A program made the translations under genes and the position numbers. Shown here piece after piece: positions 24,380-37,383 of a stretch of DNA of 64,000 bases. How positions within the stretch are numbered: the first letter of the stretch is position 1; every line of letters starts with the position of its first letter. The DNA comes from Phoronis australis (taxonomy: Eukaryota > Animalia > Phoronida), in the NCBI GenBank assembly GCA_002633005.1, contig NMRA01000540.1:229369-293368 (forward strand), given 5' to 3'. Under the pieces are notes generated by a model. The model saw nothing but the letters and a program-made list of their open reading frames with translations, had not been told where the DNA came from and did not search any database.

Positions 24380-27300
24380 TGTGTTGTTTGAACTACCTAC
24401 TCCACTGCAATGGTTCCAAATCAGCTTGATGAGCGGTTGAACAACTTAGAGAAAAAAATTAACTAAATCCATCAAGTTGGTCATCTGGAAAGAAATTGTC
24501 AACCTAAAGAAGGAACTTCTGAAGTTAAAAAAGAAAAAGGAAATTAAAAACAGTTAATGGCATGGAACAGTAATCCAGAAGAGATAGTCTGAGGATTTTT
24601 GGTTTGAAAAAAGATATAAACGAGGACTGCACACAATCAGTTATTAACTTTTGAAGATCAAAGTTAGAGCAGCGGAAATAGATCGGGTACACCAGATTGG
24701 AAAGTTGAACTCTGGAAGTGTGACAAGGCATTCTGCATTTACAGCAATCAACTAACACCAATGATTGTTAAGTTCGTGTCATACCAGTCTACGAGCAAAG
24801 TATTTAAGTTGTTGAAGGGATCCGCTTGTTTCCTTCTTGAAGATATATTACCCTGCTCATAAGTGCATATAAAGATCCAAGAGTATCTCGCAGTTGGTCG
24901 AGTGATGGGCGCATTTTTTTCACATGTCTTATGGAATCATCAAACCCATTAAAACTATGAGCGACGTATAGTGTATCTTGTGTTCAGGCCAGTGGGCAGT
25001 TAGTTATGACGCGGGGACTACCAAGAAGTCAAGTTTTTGTGACTCTCAATGACTTATGTTTTGTGTATTTTTCATTTGTGTGCATGGGTGGGTGATTGCT
25101 ATGTTTATTTTATTATTTCCTTGAACCATCGTGTTTCCTTTACTACTCATAGTTCTATTTCTTTGTTGTGCATAAGTAGGGGCTCCCGGTTAGATGTCAA
25201 GTGATAGTTTAAACCGGATAACTTTGAACTGCAGGGGGGGGGGGGGGGGGNTAACGACGTGAAATGTCTACAGCTGTTAGTCTATCTATGGCAACATAAG
25301 GTGGGTTTAGGGTTCTTACAAGAAATATTTAGTTGCAGTAAGTCCATTGATAGTGTGTGTCAACAGTGTCGAGGTGAAATACATGTATATACAGTGCACG
25401 ACTCGGAGCACAGTAAGTGACTAGCTATTCTTTGCAAGAAAAATTTACATTTAAAAGTCAACATTTTTTGGTGGTTATGATGTGCGATGTACAAGTATTG
25501 GAATCGAGGCTGAGGCTGATGGCGCTCCTTATAATTTTGATTTTTTATTTCTCAAACACCAGTAGTGCCCAATTGTCCTTTTTGGAAAACATTTTTGTCG
25601 TTCTTGACAGATATATTAACAACGACCATATCATTTGTGCAGGTGACTTCGATTGCCCCTTAGCAAATATTGATAAACAAAGAAAGATAGATGTCAGTGA
25701 CAAATATATGGTTACAGCAAAAATTAAGGATTTTGTTCCAAACTATAGTCCTTTTGAATGGAGAAGTCTGAATCTTTTTGACAATGAAGAATATTTCCAC
25801 TGTCTCAAAAAGTGATGCATGACTGTAATAGCGCACATATCAGTATGGAAAACAAACATTTAAAATGTGAAAAAATAAAAATGAAAATTAGAGAATTTAC
25901 TATAGGATATTCAAACAGAAAATCATAAATGGACAAAGCTTTAGAGACTAGCTTAATCAATCAAATTAATATCCTGACTGGTGAATTATATACGATAAGG
26001 TCGATAAAAATCTGTTTAGTACTTAAGTTAAGTCAAAGCTATAAAACTGCTGCAGGCTCCTACAATACAGGGTCAGATAATACGCAGAAAGGTTGTTGAA
26101 AATAAAAGCGACAAAATCATATTACTCCAGACCTAAAGATCTGTTCGACCTTCCCAATACATTAGAGCCATGCGATACAGAATTTATTTAACAAACCAGT
26201 CTGACAAAGAATTTTTTGAAATATTAAATAACTCTAAGAATAATAAGTCTCCAAGAAATGATGGACACAGTTACTTGGTGCACAAGTGCTTCTGGCAAGA
26301 AGTCAGAGGGCCTTTAGTGGAAGCTTTTGAGTATAGTTTTAAAGTTGGTGACCTACATGTATAACCATCACGAAAAGATGGGGTGATTATCCTCCACCCC
26401 AAATTCAAAGATGAGATTGAGCTGTTGTCCTTAAATAATTGGCTACCTTATCGTTTTTAAATGTTGACTACAAATTATAAACGAAAGTCCTTACACTTCG
26501 ATTAAATAGTGTTGCTAATAAGTTAATCCATGAAAGGCAAACATGAATAAAAAGTAGATATATTGGATTTAACATACGCACTATACAAGACATAATTTCC
26601 TGCACTAATAGTCGCAACTGTCAAGGCAGTCCTTTTCTTAGATTTCTGTAAAGCGTTCGATGCACTTTTATGGGAATTTCTTTCAAAAACTTTGAACGAT
26701 TTTAAAGTTGGCACTGTCTTCAGAAAATGAATCTAAATAATTTATAAGAGCTCGATGGCTTGCGTAATCAACAACGGTTTTACTACAAGAAATTTTCCAC
26801 TCCAACGGGGAGTGCAACACGATGACTCGATCTCTGGCCCCTTGTTTCGCTTAGCAGTTGAGGTTATGGCAAATTATATCAGATCAGGTGGTGCCATTTC
26901 AGGAATTAAAACTGATGATACTCAAATAAAGCTTGTCTAGTATGCGGATGACACAGCAATATTCTTTATCAATAAAGTTTCAGGATTTAACTGTCTTCAA
27001 TTTTTATTAAAATTTTAGCCGGGTGTCTGGTTTGAAATTAAATTTTGAAAATGTGAAGTTCGATATCTCGGAAGAGGAAAAGCTTGTTCCTAGCCATTTC
27101 ACGGATTTAAATGTACTGGCAGGCCACTCAAGTGTTTAGGGATATTTTGGCCACAGTAAAATGGAAAACCACGAATTGAATTACATGTATGATTTCAAAG
27201 TTAAAAGTTTTAAGAAAACTTGTGGAAAAGCCTCAACACTAGTTAATAGACGTTGTAGAAAGATTTGCCTGATCTGAAATTATCTATGCCATCAATAGTA

Positions 27301-28290
27301 CGGCGGGTATTGATACTGTTCTTAGAGAACAGATCAATTCTTTGATATCCAATTTTGTTTGGCAAAATAAAACTCCTAAAGTGAGGAGAAGTGTGCCAGT
27401 AAATACCCGTGCAGATGGCGGCTTGGCAGTACCAGATGCGTGCATAAATGTAACCTGTAACTCATTGTTAGTGAAATGGGTTCAGCGTTATGTAGAAGGA
27501 GAGAATAAATACTGGAAAGCCTTTTCAATTTTCCTTTTAGGAGGTATGGGTGTTCTTTGCTTTTTAAATCATTTTTTCTGCCAAGTTGTTGCCTTTGGAT
27601 GATACCACCAACTTTTATTGTGAATGCCTGAGAAAATGTTAGCGTAGTCTTACGCAGCGAGATCGATATTATTAGTCAGATTGTAGGAAACAATAAAAAT
27701 ATATTGATTACAAATCTGTGTTTTTCACTGGGATCCACAAGGCTGGCATTCTTTATGTAAAAGATATATAAGATATTCGAAACAAGATTTTGTATTGGGA
27801 AGTTATGATACAAAGATACAAATTATCGAATTGGTTAGAATAATATGCTTTGAAGAAGGCACTTAAGTTACCTAATGAATGAGCTCTTCCCAGACAAATT
27901 CAGTGGCCGACTTCCTTTTCAGCCAGATTAGCACACAATCGACTAAAACTTACTTTTACACACAATAAGCTTACAACGTGATGTAGAACACAGATTAAGT
28001 GATATTTATTCAGACCAATTGAAAAGATTTACGCGCTGCCTTTCAGACTCGTACTTCTTCCCAAAGTTAAAACTTTTAAATATTATTATGTTCATAGAAA
28101 AGTTTACACAAGTATCTCTTAAAAAACATGAAGAATGTAAGAGATGATAGTTGTTTGACTTGTAATGCTGCTGAAACTTTTGTTCATTTGTTTTGAGATT
28201 GTTCACTTGTGTAGGCGCTGTGGTTTAAAGTTCAAACTCTGTTAAGTAATATAACTAAACAAAACAAAACAAAACAAAACAAAACATAGA
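24380..28290 (+). mobile_element. Degenerate, near full-length L1/Tx1-clade LINE (ORF1 remnant, APE endonuclease, reverse transcriptase, C-terminal region)
   Basis: ORF1-like EQ*SRRDSLRIFG (~24565) and PMIVKFVSY; endonuclease TLNCRG (~25221) and CAGDFD (~25636); RT motifs NKSPRNDG, NVDYK, LDFCKAFDAL (~26638), RGVQHDDSISG, YADD (26941); many stops and frameshifts; (AAAAC)n at ~28257-28286. Confidence 0.9.
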
Positions 28291-29530
28291 TTTGGTAAAG
28301 AATAAAAATTTAAACGTGTATTTGGATCCAATTTTGAAGCGGTTAATACGTTATGCCAGTCATCTTTGGACCACAGCAAGCATGTATTCCTTGTGCCATT
28401 AAATCAAAGGTAAGCGATCGTCAGTTTAAAAAAACTGAATTTCACCTTTTGGGATGCCCTCTGTAAACACTTAGATGTATATTTACTCGCACACGTATAA
28501 TTTGGGAAGTAACTTCTTCATTAAAAACTGCGTGGGTGTAAGAGAGGTGTCTGAATGCTGTACCGTTTCCAGTCCTAGATAGTTATTAGTAGTTTTTAGT
28601 TAGCATTTCCTGTTATTTTTTTCGTTTGAGAAACAAAATATTTACCGCTAAAAGATAACGACCATGTAGTATGTTGGTTCCATTTTGCGCTGAAGCTGTC
28701 CTCAAATAATCACTTTATTGCAGGTACTTTCCTTTTAAATAAATTACTTCTACTCCAATTTGTAATAATTTCCAGAAATTTGTCTGCATTTGCTTTTGCC
28801 ACATCTTTCCTAAATTGTTAAGAGACTACAACTGTATAACATTCGTGCATTGTGTAAACCAGTTAGCTGAAAACCGATATTTTTTTGGAATCGATAATGG
28901 CACGAGAGAAAAAGCACCCAATTCAATCAATTCAGGCAATAAACTCTGCTCTGATCTGTTACCTCCCAGAGCACGCTGGGCCACTACTCCAAGCATCGGT
29001 GCACACTGTGTGAGAGTTTTCAGGAACATGTTCTACTCGAGTGTTTCGCATTGTGGGTATACGCATCTGAGCTTCACCTACTGGCAAGTGAAGGAATTAG
29101 TCACGGTTCACCTCTCTCGGGTGTAGCCACGGACGGGCAACACGGGGTCACGACCCTATGTTTATTGCACAAAAAGCTACCCGCGGTCGAACACAGTTCC
29201 ATCTTGCTTTTACACCGTGTTCATTGCAAAATGCATCAGGGTTGTTACTCATTTAGTTCCTCTTCTGCCTCCACTCTCGAACAACTAATTCGCGTTGGCC
29301 TCCTTGTTGAATACGTCTGCTTACGCCGGTGTCAACAGAGTCCCACTTTGCCTGAATTTTTGTGGGTATCCGTGACCTGATCCGTTATTGCAAACCAGAT
29401 TAGTAAAACAAACGAGAGCGCCAGACTGACTGTACAGGGCGCAGCCGCTCTTCAAAATAAGTCATTCTCTCTGAGTAATTTATTTCAGGGCTGAATTTGT
29501 TTATACATAACAATCTGAAAGTCAGGATTT

Positions 29531-29768
29531 TTACAGACCCCTTATATGGAGGATGTTTTTATTCTCCTCCAACCGTGTCTTCCACCTGAGCTCTTCACTC
29601 TTCACCGTAGCAATCCAAGTAGCAATCAACTCTCGGTCCACCTTTTCCGGAAATGTGGTCCGCATCACATCGCAGGAGAACCTCTTTTTCATCTCACAGT
29701 GTGGAGGAACGTACAGCTTTCGTTGGCAAATATGATTCGGTGGTGCTCTACTAGTCCCTATTTCGGCC
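29531..29768 (-). CDS. Paralog C exon 4 (last): AEIGTSRAPPNHICQRKLYVPPHCEMKKRFSCDVMRTTF...KNILHIRGL*
   Basis: Acceptor ttcctcccttactag, phase-compatible (TC+G = Ser); conserved CxxKxxVPxxC...FxCD and two Trp as in A and B. Confidence 0.85.
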
Positions 29769-30409
29769 CTAGTAAGGGAGGAATTAGAATTCAAACATTA
29801 GTGCCGTTGGGAAACGGTAGATCGAATATTACTTAAAATTTCCCGAAAAACCGTAGGTACGTTTGTCATTAAATTTGATTGGCTGATTGGTGATGACTCT
29901 TGTTCTGTAAGACTGATAAAACACGGAGAGAGTGGTGAAACCTGGGTTGCGTTCTTTACTCACTACCCTTGTGGAATCTTTGCCTATGGAATGGAAAAAA
30001 GCATTCAAAGTCCAGGACTTGCGAGCCATTCAATTCTTCACTCCCATGATTTGGAGTGGTCTCGCGTGATCTCGTTTTTTTACAAAGAAAATTTACTTTA
30101 CGTAACGCACCCCAAGAGCAGATTTCGTAGTTGCAAGTCGTTCACCAGTAAAATTAGTATAACCGCTTGCTTCACTTGCTGCTATGCGTGGTTAATTTTT
30201 CCCAACTTCTCAAATCTTCCGAAAAAAGTATTAAGATTTTAAAGACTTTTTCTGCAAAATATGGACTCTTTTACTAAATGGCATCTCGTCTTCGCAGTAC
30301 CTTAAGTTTTTATCTCCATTCGCATAAGTAAGTGCTAATAGCGGTAAAAATGGTCCCATGCAGTCGAAGTGATGAGAAAAAAGGATAAGACAGGATCTAT
30401 CCAACTTAC

Positions 30410-30802
30410 GACGCGTCCAACGTGACACATAGGCCCTCTTTGCCTGGATTTCCGACGGAGATCTCGCTTCCGACATCCGTCCAGTAGTCGTACTGTTCAC
30501 TGTAGGCTTCAAATTTCACCTTTCGGTCAAGATAGGGGTCACTACCAGCAGGCATTGGCGTGCACATGACCGTGGGATGAATACTCCCCTCGTCTCTCGG
30601 CACATCGGAAGAACCCTTCTTAATTTTTACCACTTCGTCCTTTATATTTCTAAGCCATGCTGTGTATTGAACTTTAACCTTCTCCTTGTTGATTGTGCAG
30701 AAGCACACGCGCGGATTAACGCGGATGGCGAAAATATTATCACCCTTGTAAATAGTCAGAGAGTGATCGGTGCGATCTATGTTTCCTTGGTTGTCTTTAA
30801 TT
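30410..30802 (-). CDS. Paralog C exon 3 (393 nt): IKDNQGNIDRTDHSLTIYKGDNIFAIRVNPRVCFCTINKEK...SEISVGNPGKEGLCVTLDAS
   Basis: Acceptor ttggtttcttcag, donor TC|GTAAGT; DNxGN, CxC and C-V motifs colinear with A and B; same 393-nt length. Confidence 0.85.
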
Positions 30803-32375
30803 CTGAAGAAACCAAGAAGAAAATTTAAGAAATTACAACCTAAACATGTGTAACCGGGCAGGGTAACTTAAAATTACTGTTGTAATTCATAATTAATTCT
30901 CATGTTGTGCGGGCTGAAGTGTTTAATGTTGTAACTAACTGCTGCGCATGGCCTTCTTCAAGCCACCTTACTTGTATATTTAATGCCTGGTGTTGGAAGT
31001 ATATCGTTCATTTACCTTTTACTGTCTTGGGACACGTACCCTGACAATAAATGTCCGATTCTGCTTTGCTTTTATTAATCAAGTTACCCACTATCTTATA
31101 TTTTCACAAAACTTTGGAATTGCTATTATAGATCTACCGTACACTATTTATACGACGTTTCTGTATGTAAAGCACCTCAATAGAATGAACCTCTCTTATT
31201 GTCACGAGTCACTGAGACGAGATAGCAATTTGAATATAAGTGTGTGTCTTCTAGTCAGAAATTTGCATCGAGATGTACATGCATGGTTCAGGCTTCCGAA
31301 GTAATCGACCTTCTTATCAATAGCGGAAGAGACATCAACTACAAAAAGGACTGTGGGACAGCGGCCCTCCAAAGCAGCGCTGCTGGTGGACGTATATAAA
31401 AGAGCTGTGGAAATCTCTTCATTTAAAGTTATTAAGAACCCAAGAAAAATATTCAAATTTGGCCAAGTTTGGAACATCAGATATACTTCTTTATGCACAA
31501 AACTAGAAGGAATTTGTTTTATAATGTTTCATTTTTTCATGAGAGGATACAAAAACAGTTTTATGGTTTTCTCAACTCGAAAGTTGCATACGACGAAAAA
31601 GAAATGATCTTTGAAAACTAACAGCTTATTTGATATTTATTCATGAACCTTCATATCAAACAAAAATTGACTACGTCATTGCTGCTATAGCTGCATCCTT
31701 CTCTTTAACTAGATTTTAATAAAAATGAGTAGTCACGTGACCAAATGATTGGCAGAGTAGTATAAAGTCACGGAACAAATTCTAATAGGCTTGTGTTTTC
31801 AGGAAATACACACTTTTTGAAATACTCCCTTATAAACGTCTGACTTCTTTTAGTCTTATTAAATCATATGGCGGATCTGTCATTTTGCCGTGAATCCCTT
31901 CATACCAATGTGCTTAGGCTTATTTGCCAGTATTGGTTCCACGTGACTGCATGTCCTAAGTAGCGTTTTGCACAGTAACATTATGGTAATTACTTATAAT
32001 AAACAGTAACGACACCTATGTGAACATTGTAAGTGCCTTGTCTCATTTCTAACTAGTTGTCCTATCTGCTGTCCTAGGCAAATTGCACATCTCATGTGCA
32101 CGCGTAACAAGATGACTAAAATTGCACTCCAATGAAACCCGCCGCATTTACAGGAGCGTAACAATGCTACCAAAAGTCATTTTCAGGCATGATAAATATT
32201 TCGTAAAGCTCGTCAACGGACAAAAGGTTGCTGCAACTTCCCTGTGAAAACGCGTAAGCCCTGAAAATTTTACTCTTCAAATTGATGGATTGTCACTTGG
32301 GAACTGTGGCCCGGATTCACGGCCTTGTACTGTCAAGGAAACAAGAAGCGGCAGATGTCACAAAGTTTCAAACTG

Positions 32376-32971
32376 AATCTCGCTGGTTTCCTGCTTGTCC
32401 GCTAGAGGATAGAGAACACGCAACTATTGGTTACCTTTTCTTGGGAAGTTTTTCACGCTAGCGTTTCTGATTGGCTGCTCGAATTCTCATCAGCTGGCGC
32501 TTTACGTAAACAAACTGGCGTGACTGATGGAGGAAGTGTAAATGTGGATATAGTTTGTACAGACAAATTGGTGCTTAATTCATGATCATGTGAATCTGAA
32601 AGTTGTGGTTGTGCCTTTTCAGAGTGCATTTTTCTACTGTCTCTGATTTTCGTTTACGTTGGTGTCCCGTTGTATTCACACAGTATGAATAATGCACCGG
32701 TTAAATCGGCCAAATGTGTGTGCATTGTATGTCCTTTTAAAAGTTCGCGGCTATTAAACATTACTGCAGGAACGAAATATTTGCCGTCACGCCACTTGCA
32801 TGACAAGGCTAAAAATCGTTCACAGTCCGCCATTTTATTTCTTTGTTGTGAGGCTAACAAATGACTACCGTGGTTAAATCAACCAGTGACAAAACGCGTG
32901 CTACTGAATGATACAAATACCTGTGTGTTCTCTACCCCCTAGCGGACACACAGGCAACCAGCGAGAGACTG
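32376..32971. mobile_element. MITE with ~50-bp TIRs (Academ-like ...GAGACTG end) in intron 2 of paralog C
   Basis: tctcgctggtttcctgcttgtccgctagaggatagagaacac versus reverse complement tctcgctggttgcctgtgtgtccgctagggggtagagaacac. Confidence 0.75.
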
Positions 32972-33567
32972 AATCTGAACCCGACCGAAATACATCACGT
33001 GTCTAATGACTGAAACTACCCAGTGCTTCGAGCTAAGGTAACTGCACGCCCTGGAAGACTCGTATTGTCACGAACTTTCTGAATCCGCTTATTGAATTGC
33101 ACAAGCATGCAGGTAAGAGGTTAATATTGATGTCCTCGTGAAGCAAAAAGATCCGAGATCAAGATTAACAAAAGCCACGATAATTTTAAGGACGCCCAAA
33201 GTAGTCAGTCAATAGTTAACTTTAGTAGTAATAATGTTAAATGGGCTACTTGATATTCACTAGAAAGTGCTTTGGAAGAAATGTCGGAAAGCATGTCATA
33301 TTCAAAATGGAGTGGCTTGCTTTCTTAGGGCCTGTACTTCATTATCAGGCTTCAATCTACGTAGCAAGTTTCTTGAGAGAATGACAAAATCATACAAGTC
33401 TTCGCGAGATGTCGCTATTCATTACAAACGAAGCACGTGATCATAATGGCTGCTTATTCTCTAGTGCTGGGTCTATGGAACGCAGTCCTATACATACATT
33501 TCTGTACGGACAAGACCTTGTTACAAAACAGCCTATTTAAGGAATTTCGAGTCGCCTATTTTCGTAC

Positions 33568-33749
33568 CTTATTCTGGCAATAGCTCTCGTCCTTGTTTTA
33601 CCCGGATGATTGACGGTGACATTTATGTTAAATCTGAACGAATGACATCGCCCATTACCAAACTTAAGGTTCTTTGGAATTTGCAAACCCACTTCGTTGA
33701 TCTTTATGGACATCTTTCCAAGTTTTAATTTAGCAGCCTCGATGGTAAG
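33568..33749 (-). CDS. Paralog C exon 2 (182 nt): LTIEAAKLKLGKMSIKINEVGLQIPKNLKFGNGRCHSFRFNINVTVNHPGKTRTRAIARIR
   Basis: Not in the ORF track. Acceptor atatatttcag, donor AG|GTACG; FxxGxC(Y/H)x(Y/F)x(Y/F)N motif shared with A and B. Confidence 0.82.
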
Positions 33750-33787
33750 CTGAAATATATAAAGGCGAAAAATTGCATCACAATGTT

Positions 33788-33986
33788 CATCATCACCACC
33801 ATCATCACCACCACCACCACCACCANACCACTACAACCACCACCACGACACAATTATCATCACCACCACTATTATTATCATCATAAGCTTTAACACCATA
33901 ACTATCACGGCCAGAGCACCGCACCATCACCACCACCACCATCACTACCTCCTTCATCATAAACATCATAACAATGACCACCATCG
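33788..33986. repeat. Degenerate (CAC/CAT)n microsatellite in intron 1 of paralog C
   Basis: Direct inspection; contains one ambiguous base. Confidence 0.92.
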
Positions 33987-34789
33987 CTATTTCCCAGAAG
34001 CCTGATAACAAGTACAACTTACTTAAAAGGATACTCAACCTGGTTTTGGCCTATTAACAGAAATTAAATGAAACTTTCCCATACAGCTTTCTGAAACAAA
34101 ATTATACTTTGTAACCCTCAAATACATTCAGAAGTTTGGAGAAAAAATTGAAAACTCCTTCCAAAGTCTGCTAAACGAGCAAGCATGACCTACGCTTTTA
34201 GCGACTAACCCGGGAACTGTGGGAATAGACTAACCACCAAGGACCATAATGTCCAATCTATGATATAGGGAGTATGACTTTTTATATGATTCTTGTCTTC
34301 AACTTGGAAGATTGACACCAATGATGCATTAACAGATGACAGAACGAGGAGTGGCAAAAGTCATCAAAACAGGGTTAAGTACCCTTTAAGATTGTTCAAT
34401 TTAAGACAGAATGCATTCCCAAGTGTAGGATTGTCTGGGCAATACCGTGTTAGGTATTCAGTGTAAGTCTTTGTTTGAACCTCATTTATTTGGGAAAATC
34501 TCAATTCAAATGAGAAGGTGTTAGAGGGCAGAACGACGATTGATGGAATCAAGACAGGATTTAGTATCCTTTTAACACATGCACTTCATCGCCTACTTCG
34601 GCGTAAAGATTTTGCGGCGCAAGCCTGATGCATTACGCAATTGACCGCTTATTGAGAGATCCAGCTTAGCTATAATTAAGAAACTTTTTTTCCAAACCAG
34701 CTAAGACCATTTTCATGTTGTGTGTTATGTAGACACAAATCAAACGTTGTCGTCGAAGTTATGTCTGTCAGAGGGTCCTTTTCAGGCTG

Positions 34790-35270
34790 ACTGATAATGA
34801 TAGACCACTCTAAGGCTTTTGATGACATGCTTCATTCATTGCTTATGTTGCCTGAGTGAGAGTGGACTATTCTGGTCGAGGAAACTCTAGTCTGATGTTT
34901 TTAGCTCTTGAATGTGTGTTTGGCCAGGACAATAACTGAAAGACTGGACAGGCTTAATTATAGAGTGGTTAAAACCACTCATAATTACTTTACCAGATCA
35001 TATTCTGACCTGCTGTTAAGAGGAACTCTCCCAATACCTCAAGTTGAACGACTTCGCAAAGTCTTTAAAAACGTTGGTTTATCGCGTGGTAATGGGATGT
35101 TCTGTTTTTATTTGAAATACACAAGGCATAATTTACGTACCACTCTGCGGAAGTTAAAAATACATTTACAGTCAATCAAGTACAAAGGCGCTAGCTTATG
35201 GAGCAGTCTCCCAACAGACCTCGGGGAGGATGCTGTTCCAAATGTCTTCAATTTGATACTGAACAGTTGG
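34790..35270 (+). mobile_element. Fragmented CR1/L2-type LINE remnant
   Basis: DHSKAFDDMLHSLL (RT motif, ~34803) and C-terminal HNLR...QSIKYKGASLWSSLP typical of CR1/L2-type ORF2 ends. Confidence 0.65.
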
Positions 35271-35858
35271 ACCATATATACCATGCTTTTTAATGTTTTT
35301 CTTATATCTACTTATTTTTATTTATTTGTTTTACTAATTATAATCTTATAATAGGTGAAACGAGACCGTGGCTCATGTTTATAGGTTATAAAACTGACTT
35401 TAAATAGTCACTGCTTTGACTTGACCTGAATGAGGTCTAGTTTAATACTCTGTATATACATTTTGGTGACTTTGTTACGTCACAGGAGACTTCAATGCAC
35501 GTGGTACTTATCCAAACAATAGCTGCACTGTTTTACGACGCCAAATGCATTGCCCAACTAAACAAAAAACAACCGCAGGTACAATACCTATGCATCTTCT
35601 GTTTGTTACGCATCGGCTCCAGTTCCTTATAAGCAATTCTATTATTCTACCGAACTTAACGATAGTCTTGTAATTCCGTCGTTTGAGTCAATTCTCCAGA
35701 TCCAATGGATTTCAAAAACGACACATTTGTTTTGCATCCTGAATTGTGAATAAACGTATTACTTAATGTGCAAAGTTTTGTTCTCGTCGCACGACTCTGG
35801 GCTTTCTGAGAATATATGCAACAAAATCCAACTCAAGAAAGACAGAGACGATACTTAC

Positions 35859-35903
35859 CACCACGAAACAAACGACAATTAGCTCCTTAAAAAGTCGGGC
35901 CAT
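35859..35903 (-). CDS. Paralog C exon 1 coding part, signal peptide MARLFKELIVVCFVV
   Basis: aaacaATGG context, donor GTG|GTAAGT, phase 0; gives MARLFKELIVVCFVVLTIEA-AKL. Spliced CDS is 858 nt = 285 aa + stop. Confidence 0.82.
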
Positions 35904-37116
35904 TGTTTCTCAATGTCTTCCTTAGTGAGTTGTGGCAATGACATCTGCGCGCAAGAACACGCACATATAGACAACCTCAAGCAAAATTGCATTGTCTGGT
36001 TCTTGATTGGTGAGTTATTTTTAAACAGCTTTTATGTGACGTATTTCGAAACCAGGCTCTCCTTAGAGTCTGGGCTCGAGACTGGGCAGTTCTACATAGT
36101 CAAAAAAAAGCAAGACCACGCAACACACTGCACATGTACCTCGAAAAATCAAGCGTTTAAAAGGCCTTACATGTACTATCGTAAAATGATGGATCATGAA
36201 GTGATTGGTTGGCTAAGTTGAAATATTGAATTATAGGATTTCCTTGATAACTTATGAGATAGAATTCACTTTCTCTTTTCCCTAATGATGTTTTCTCGCT
36301 GCAAGGTCATGGCTAATGTATTGCCTCCGAGCGACACAACCTAACTTGTTGCACGGGGACCAATATTGCATCCCATGCGCATCAGACTTTTGACTTGGTG
36401 GTACCACACCTGTCGCTCGAAATGTTTTCCAATTCCTGCCTAACCCATGCAGTCTTGCCTACACGATAAGAAAACTTCGTATCTTCCCAAGCCAGACTTT
36501 ATATTAATACTATTTGATGCAGCTCGTTACCGAGGACGGGATACTTGACTAGCAACTTGGAAACTAGGATGCTCACCCATTTGTAACATGAATAGTTGTA
36601 AAAGGGGACACGTTTTCAGGGAGCCTCAATGAGCTAGTCTTTTGTAGGGGTTAATTTCCTTAATCTAACCCCTTCGTGGCTAATTCAACCCATCCCAAAG
36701 TACATGAAGTACAAGAACAAGTGCAAGTTTCAGAAATACAGCTAAAGAAATGGAAACGTCTCTGTAGATTTATAAAGTTGGAAAAAGGAACTTTGACCAT
36801 GTGTACTTGAGTTGCACCGCGTGTCAACGTATGTTTCAAATAGTAGATTTTTAGTGAACTTACGTAAATGTAAGTCTGTGCATGTATCATGGTGCCTGAC
36901 TATTTGTGCTATTAGGTTATACCTTTTAATTGTTTGAACTCAAGTTACTTATATTTATAGTTCAAGTATGGTATCGCACCTGCTTGGATGCACTGAACAA
37001 TCTCAAGATTGGCCGTTGGAAGTGTTTCCTCTAGGTAACGCGTCACATTTATAATTAGAACAAGTTAAGTAAATTAATGATATCTGATAGTCATATCATT
37101 CATTTGTGCAGTTTAG

Positions 37117-37383
37117 AGTCGCTTGGTGCAAAGTTCTGGCGATATATTTTGTTATCTGAAACATATCAAGTTACTCCACGCAATTTACCACATTACTCTT
37201 GCTGCATACGGGTCATCAAGGTTACTCCAAAAGTTTTACTTTCCCAGAGGCGCTAAAACGCACGTATCAAGCACCATTTCCCAAAGCTGCAGTATCATAC
37301 TGCCTGGTGCAGTGGCAGAGGGTGGTCTACCCAGTGTCAAGCACATTGAACTCGCACCTCCTGGTTTGCAGGAGGCGAAATGA
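37117..37383 (+). pseudogene. Coding relic or orphan exon of unknown family, homologous to 7664-7960
   Basis: Open frame SRLVQSSGDIFCYLKHIKLLHAIYHITLAAYGSSRLLQKFYFPRG...PPGLQEAK*; protein-level match to the relic upstream of paralog A. Confidence 0.5.

Noticed and set aside
25233-25251. Long G run as a possible G-quadruplex or regulatory element
   Set aside because: It lies inside the decayed LINE endonuclease region and ends in an ambiguous base; likely homopolymer expansion or assembly uncertainty.
35588-35738. AG...GT-bounded segment in intron 1 of paralog C that could be an extra exon
   Set aside because: All three minus-strand frames contain stops, and exon 1 joins exon 2 in phase without it, completing the signal peptide.
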